A stretch of 20,870 nt of DNA from an uncultured Nitrososphaerota archaeon. Its GTDB lineage: Archaea; Asgardarchaeota; Njordarchaeia; Njordarchaeales; Panguiarchaeaceae. The translations under genes were made by a program, and so were the position numbers. The DNA is taken from the NCBI GenBank assembly GCA_964636085.1, contig CAZWPQ010000035.1, forward strand, positions 412-21,281, read 5' to 3'. Positions 16,546 through 20,870 of this stretch are shown piece by piece. The notes under the pieces were generated by a model. It worked only from the letters and a program-made list of their open reading frames with translations. It did not search any database and was not told the origin of the DNA. Every line of letters starts with the position of its first letter. The stretch's first letter is position 1.

Positions 16546-16935
16546 ATGGATAGGGTTCACATAAGGAAGGATCTGTTGAGGGAGGTTGAGAAGATCGCGG
16601 CAAAACTCGGTTTGAGTAGTGAGAAAGCCTTAGAGTTCCTTGTCGATTGGTATTTTGTCAGGGAGTGGCTGATTTCTGTTTTTGTCGTCCTTAAGGTTAA
16701 GGGTATAGATGTGGTGTTGGATGATAGGGCTATATATAGGATTGCGAGGGCCATTGCTTTTAATGAGGCCGATGTTATTGATCTTGGCCTCGTTTGCCTG
16801 ATTGTTGTTCCCTCTGATTTTGATGTTGTTTCTTTGGTTCCCGATTTCTATGAGAAAAAGCTGAATAAAATAATGTTGATATTGGTGGAGAAGAAGAGTT
16901 TTCCACTTGTGTTGCTCTTACCTAAGACTGGTTGA
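16546..16935 (+). CDS. Ribbon-helix-helix protein, paralogue of 15716..16216
   Basis: RVHIRKDLLREVEKIAAKLGLSSEKALEFLV is RHH-like. It shares EADVIDLG...IVVPSDFDVV with EPEVLESG...IVLPSDFSVL of the upstream gene. Confidence 0.72.
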   Translation: MDRVHIRKDLLREVEKIAAKLGLSSEKALEFLVDWYFVREWLISVFVVLKVKGIDVVLDDRAIYRIARAIAFNEADVIDLGLVCLIVVPSDFDVVSLVPDFYEKKLNKIMLILVEKKSFPLVLLLPKTG

Positions 16936-17006
16936 ATGCTATTTTTAAAATTATTTATATATTGTTTCTACATTCTATTTATTGTAGCAAAAATTGAGGT
17001 GTCTTT

Positions 17007-20000
17007 ATGAGATGTTTATTATTGATGTTGCTAATATCTTCAACACTATCCGCTGTTTTTAATGGATATCATGGCAATGGCTTCCACAACTATTATCCAG
17101 GTAAATTTAATGAGACCCCTCCTAGCGTGGGCGAGATATTAGTTAAGAATGTAGACATACTGGGAAGTTTCCCAGGATCAATAAGATGTATAGATCTTGC
17201 AAGAACACCTAACGGCCTAGGATACATAATTGTTGGGGAGGACTACATAACAATCAACGGTAGCGATAACGTAGTAGGGATAGATTACCCCATCATAGAC
17301 CATGCCATCGGAGATCTAGACATGGATGGATATGATGAAGTGATCGTCCTAACTGATAGCCTATTATATGCTGTGGATGACGACTCAACCCTCATGTGGA
17401 CAGCCACTAGGAATGGCGATGTTGACCGCGTATACATAGGAAACATAACCAGTCCAGACTATAGCCTCGTGATATGCTGGAAAAACAACACAAACTTCGT
17501 GGCATACTATAACTATACTGGCGAATACCTCGGCTCAGTCTCCATTGGTGTTACTGTTGGGAGGCTAAACATAACCCAGATGGCTCATCTAGGAGAGTAT
17601 CTAGTAGCAAGAAATTCCTACGACAGCCTACTATACTGCTGGACATATAACGCTACCAATACCGCTCCAATGGATCCTATATGTGTATATTCGGCGTTTG
17701 TTAGGGCTGGTGGGGCCATATATTGTGTAAGGTATAACAAGGTTATTGATGCCGCGGAACTCTGTGAGATAAGATCGGCGACTGGAGGAATATCGAAGAC
17801 ATACACTATCAACAATACCGATGATTGGCGTGGTTTCGTGTTTTCTAGTAGGGAGATACTTCTCCATGATATGGATATGGATGGGTTCCCAGAGTTTGTG
17901 CAACATAATGGCTCAATGATTGCCCTGGTGGACGTCTTTGGGGGCTCAGACTATGCGTTGAAATATGAGACAATAGCAAGCTTTGAGGATATATCGATTA
18001 ATGATGGTTATGTATTGACGCTTTATGGGGAGAGTGTGAGGCTTTATGAGCCCCTTAATGATGGCTTATCGGTTATGGGTTCTTTAGAGTTGGTTAATCC
18101 GATAGGCCTTTCTCCACCAGATAGCTCTGTTTTGTGCTATGGGCCGTATGGAGAGGCCTATGATATTGTTGGTAGTTCTGCCTATGAGACATTCATAGAT
18201 GGGGGATGGAGGTATGAGTGGAGAGATCAGCATATAGTGTTCTATCAGGCAAAGAGGGTAGTCGATATATATCCCGAGGGGGTCTATAATTATGTGTTTG
18301 ATGGTTTCGTAAATTATACAATACCGACAACCAATGGATTTATCGTTGTGTGGCGTGGAGGATCATTCTCCGTGTATGATCGTGGCCAGGGCCTCGTATG
18401 GGGGAAAATAACGGATGTGCCGTATCCTGTTGCTGGGGATTATGATAGTGAGGGTGATCGTGTGTGTGTTGTAAGTGGTGATGGAGAAATATATGTGTTT
18501 TCTCATTCTTCAAATGCTACATATTATACATATGTAACTGGTGAGATTGTCGCATCTAGGGTCTATTCTAGGAATGGGGACTTCTATATAATGCTAATGA
18601 ATGTGTCTGATGATGGGGCAACATTCATGATATTTAAGGGCCCAGGCATGTATGTGAGGGAGGACATTAATGCTTCTGCATTAGAATATGCCTCGTCTTT
18701 CTGTATGGGGGATATAGATGACGATGGGATATATGAAATGGCATACATTATAGTTACCTTCAACAGTACCAATGCGAGATATATTCTGGTTGTTAGGGAC
18801 GACGGAGAAATATATAGAATGGATGCAGATACATCCTCCTCCAATCCAGCAAGATGCTTGGTGACATCGTTCTGGGATAGCTTTGTGTTTCTTGTACCCA
18901 CGGGGGGTTTTGTAAGGGTGTTTTTCGACGGCCTACAGGAGGAATATTCCGATGGTGCCGGCGTGTTTGCGTCGGAGGGAGTACTTGTGTTTGGGGACGA
19001 AATCCTCTTCTTCACCGGGAATGGCATGGCATGGATCAATGCTAGGGGCATTAAATTATCTGTGAGTAGGTATGGCAGATGGACAAAGGCTTTATGCCTA
19101 TCCAGTAACTATACCCTATACAACTTTACTGTTGGTATAGATAGGGAGAGGCCCACGATATGTATAGTGTCCCCTCTGGAAGGGCAAATATTGAGGTCGA
19201 GCTCCGTTAATATCTCATGGAATATTACGGATGATCTTGGCGTTAAGTCCGTGATGCTTAGTATTGATAATGGTGATTGGATAGATGTGACGAATAGGAC
19301 ATATGTGGTGCTCACAGATCTAAGTGAGGGGGATCATTCGATAACTATGGTTGCTAAAGATGTAGCGAATAGGACATCAAACATTACCAGATTATTCAGT
19401 GTAGACCTCTCTATAGAACTCGTAGTGTACTGCAATGATAATGGCTCTTGGATAAATAGGAGCTGGACAAACCTGTCTTGGACTGTGTATGGGCCTGTTA
19501 GCAACATCACGATATATCAAAATGATACAGAGGTATATTTCGCCGACAAGAGTCTCAATGGTTCATATAATATGTCGCTAGATGAGGGGGTAAACATTAT
19601 TAGGATTATGGTTAGCAGTGTATATGGCCGTGTCTGGAGGGATATCGTTATTGGCGTGGACCTAACGCCACCAGAAATCACTATATTGTCTCCTCAGAAT
19701 AATAGTGTGGTTGAGACAAACACAAGCACCGCATTGGTGAAACTTAGGGTTGACGTAGTGGACAATGTGGGGGTAGATAGGATACTGATGGTATATGAGG
19801 GACATGTGGTCGAGATGTCGGAGGAGACGGAACTAATATTGGGTGTGGGGGAGTACTATTTTAAGATTGTGGTTATTGATTATGCTGGCAACAGGAATGT
19901 AGCAATTCTCCACCTTACTGTTGTAAATACTGGTGATAATACTGGCAGTGTTGCCGATAATGGCGGTGACGGCGGCTATTGGGCCGTATTGTTGGGTATT

Positions 20001-20051
20001 GTTGTCGGTGCTGCGGTCGGAACATACATAGTTAGAAGAAAACTCTCTTAA
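17007..20051 (+). CDS. Large cell-surface protein: FG-GAP/VCBS-like beta-propeller region + three Ig-like repeats + C-terminal TM anchor, 1014 aa
   Basis: GAGGTG RBS and signal peptide. Ca-binding loops GDLDMDGYDEV, HDMDMDGFPEF and GDIDDDGIYEM. Ig repeats DRERPTICIVSP...AKDVANR and DLTPPEITILSP...VIDYAGN. Gly/Asp linker, then TM YWAVLLGIVVGAAVGTYIV-RRK. Confidence 0.85.
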   Translation: MRCLLLMLLISSTLSAVFNGYHGNGFHNYYPGKFNETPPSVGEILVKNVDILGSFPGSIRCIDLARTPNGLGYIIVGEDYITINGSDNVVGIDYPIIDHAIGDLDMDGYDEVIVLTDSLLYAVDDDSTLMWTATRNGDVDRVYIGNITSPDYSLVICWKNNTNFVAYYNYTGEYLGSVSIGVTVGRLNITQMAHLGEYLVARNSYDSLLYCWTYNATNTAPMDPICVYSAFVRAGGAIYCVRYNKVIDAAELCEIRSATGGISKTYTINNTDDWRGFVFSSREILLHDMDMDGFPEFVQHNGSMIALVDVFGGSDYALKYETIASFEDISINDGYVLTLYGESVRLYEPLNDGLSVMGSLELVNPIGLSPPDSSVLCYGPYGEAYDIVGSSAYETFIDGGWRYEWRDQHIVFYQAKRVVDIYPEGVYNYVFDGFVNYTIPTTNGFIVVWRGGSFSVYDRGQGLVWGKITDVPYPVAGDYDSEGDRVCVVSGDGEIYVFSHSSNATYYTYVTGEIVASRVYSRNGDFYIMLMNVSDDGATFMIFKGPGMYVREDINASALEYASSFCMGDIDDDGIYEMAYIIVTFNSTNARYILVVRDDGEIYRMDADTSSSNPARCLVTSFWDSFVFLVPTGGFVRVFFDGLQEEYSDGAGVFASEGVLVFGDEILFFTGNGMAWINARGIKLSVSRYGRWTKALCLSSNYTLYNFTVGIDRERPTICIVSPLEGQILRSSSVNISWNITDDLGVKSVMLSIDNGDWIDVTNRTYVVLTDLSEGDHSITMVAKDVANRTSNITRLFSVDLSIELVVYCNDNGSWINRSWTNLSWTVYGPVSNITIYQNDTEVYFADKSLNGSYNMSLDEGVNIIRIMVSSVYGRVWRDIVIGVDLTPPEITILSPQNNSVVETNTSTALVKLRVDVVDNVGVDRILMVYEGHVVEMSEETELILGVGEYYFKIVVIDYAGNRNVAILHLTVVNTGDNTGSVADNGGDGGYWAVLLGIVVGAAVGTYIVRRKLS

Positions 20052-20137
20052 CCCCCACATATATCCTTCCAACATTATTTAGCACATCCCCTAGACCTTC
20101 ACTATCTATCTTTATCCCCTCGCTATGGTGTGGCCAC

Positions 20138-20731
20138 ATGGAGGAATACCTAACCCCGCAGAAAGCGTCAGGAATACTCGGCGTTTCTATTAAGACCATT
20201 CAGAGGTGGGATAAGTCTGGAATAATAAGATGTATTAGGACTCCGGGAGGTAGAAGAAGGATACCGAGAAGCGAGATAGACAGAATCCTCGGAGTCAACA
20301 GGGATAAGCTTGTGGTGTGTTATGCTAGGGTCTCCTCCCACACACAGAAGGACGACTTGGATAGGCAGGTTAGTGTTCTAAGGAGCCGTGCGGAGGAGCT
20401 CTCTGACAAGATCATAGTGATAAGGGATGTTGGTTCTGGGCTTAATGAGAAGAGAAAGGGGTTTAGGAGGCTCCTCAGGCTTGTCGCCGATGGTGAGGTA
20501 TCCCATGTCCTCGTCACCTATCGTGATAGGCTTGTGAGGTTTGGCTTTGAGACTCTATCCTATCTCTTCTCCCGTTTTGGCGCCCGTGTTGTTGTCCTCT
20601 ATGATCGGTGTGGTGGTGATTCTATGGCTGAGCTTGTCGATGATCTTGTTTCCATTATTGTCCATTTTGCTGGCCGTATTTATGGGCGTCGTTCCCATAT
20701 ATACAAACGTAGCAAGGGTCATGATGGATGA
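20138..20731 (+). mobile_element. tnpA: IS607-family transposase TnpA (MerR-like HTH + serine recombinase)
   Basis: N-terminal YLTPQKASGILGVSIKTIQRWDKSG...TPGGRRR HTH. Catalytic YARVSS, then DVGSGLNEKRKG, YRDRLVRFGFE, ELVDDL and GRIYGRRSH. Confidence 0.93.
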
Positions 20732-20868
20732 TGTTGTGTTTGTATATGTTTGTCTATGAATGTCCACATTTTCGGCAATAGTTGGCTACGGCGCATTTTT
20801 CCAGCTTTAATTATCGCTGCAAGAAGCTTGTTGGTGTCGATTATTACTTTTAGGATTTTTCTAACCTC
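20719..20868 (-). pseudogene. Truncated PIN-domain (VapC-like) toxin remnant
   Basis: The minus-strand frame reads EVRKILKVIIDTNKLLAAIIKAGKMRR.... This matches the PIN N-terminal 'hhhDTN.h..Ahh' motif but stops after 49 codons, overlapping the tnpA 3' end. Confidence 0.6.
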
Positions 20869-20870
20869 TC

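Noticed and set aside
15716-16935. Classical toxin-antitoxin pair
   Set aside because: All three genes look like DNA-binding proteins. No PIN, RelE, MazF or HEPN motif is adjacent.
20052-20137. IS607 left-end repeats (ATCCCCT twice, TATC runs)
   Set aside because: Too short and irregular to define an element boundary without a second copy.
449-20767. Numerous antisense ORFs of 60-155 aa (e.g. 1049..1492, 6494..6913, 18584..19051, 20555..20767) and the off-frame 20541..20759
   Set aside because: They are fully or largely nested in motif-bearing genes, with no RBS or recognisable motifs; they are shadow ORFs.
1-20870. tRNA, rRNA or CRISPR arrays
   Set aside because: Intergenic gaps are short and AT-rich, with no cloverleaf, GC-rich structured RNA or regularly spaced repeats seen.

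Overview
Gene-dense, AT-rich archaeal DNA with GGAGG/GGTGA/GGGGG-type ribosome-binding sites, TATA-like promoters and Ile/Lys/Glu-rich proteins. The source is most plausibly a thermophilic Asgard-type archaeon; this is inferred from a Rag/Gtr-like GTPase and a putative longin domain. The window has four parts. (1) A cell-surface cluster at 1-9100: Ig-like repeat proteins with C-terminal membrane anchors, a degenerate phospholipase C/P1-nuclease-fold protein, and a prenyltransferase-repeat + Ig + multi-TM protein. (2) A tightly coupled minus-strand operon (15608->9759, perhaps to 9101). It encodes a RagC/D-like small GTPase with a roadblock/longin-like C-terminal domain, a TM-wHTH-longin-like protein, an apparently inactivated HerA/VirB4-like ATPase, a small anchored surface protein, a compact XPD/Rad3 Fe-S helicase, an HExxH-degenerate membrane metalloprotease homologue and two related winged-helix proteins. 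This is the best candidate for an undescribed system. (3) An RHH / AbrB / RHH regulator trio; the AbrB gene is missing from the ORF track. (4) A large FG-GAP beta-propeller + Ig surface protein, an IS607 tnpA with no tnpB, and a truncated PIN-domain remnant. No rRNA, tRNA or CRISPR array was seen. All family assignments come from reading motifs by eye, not from database searches.
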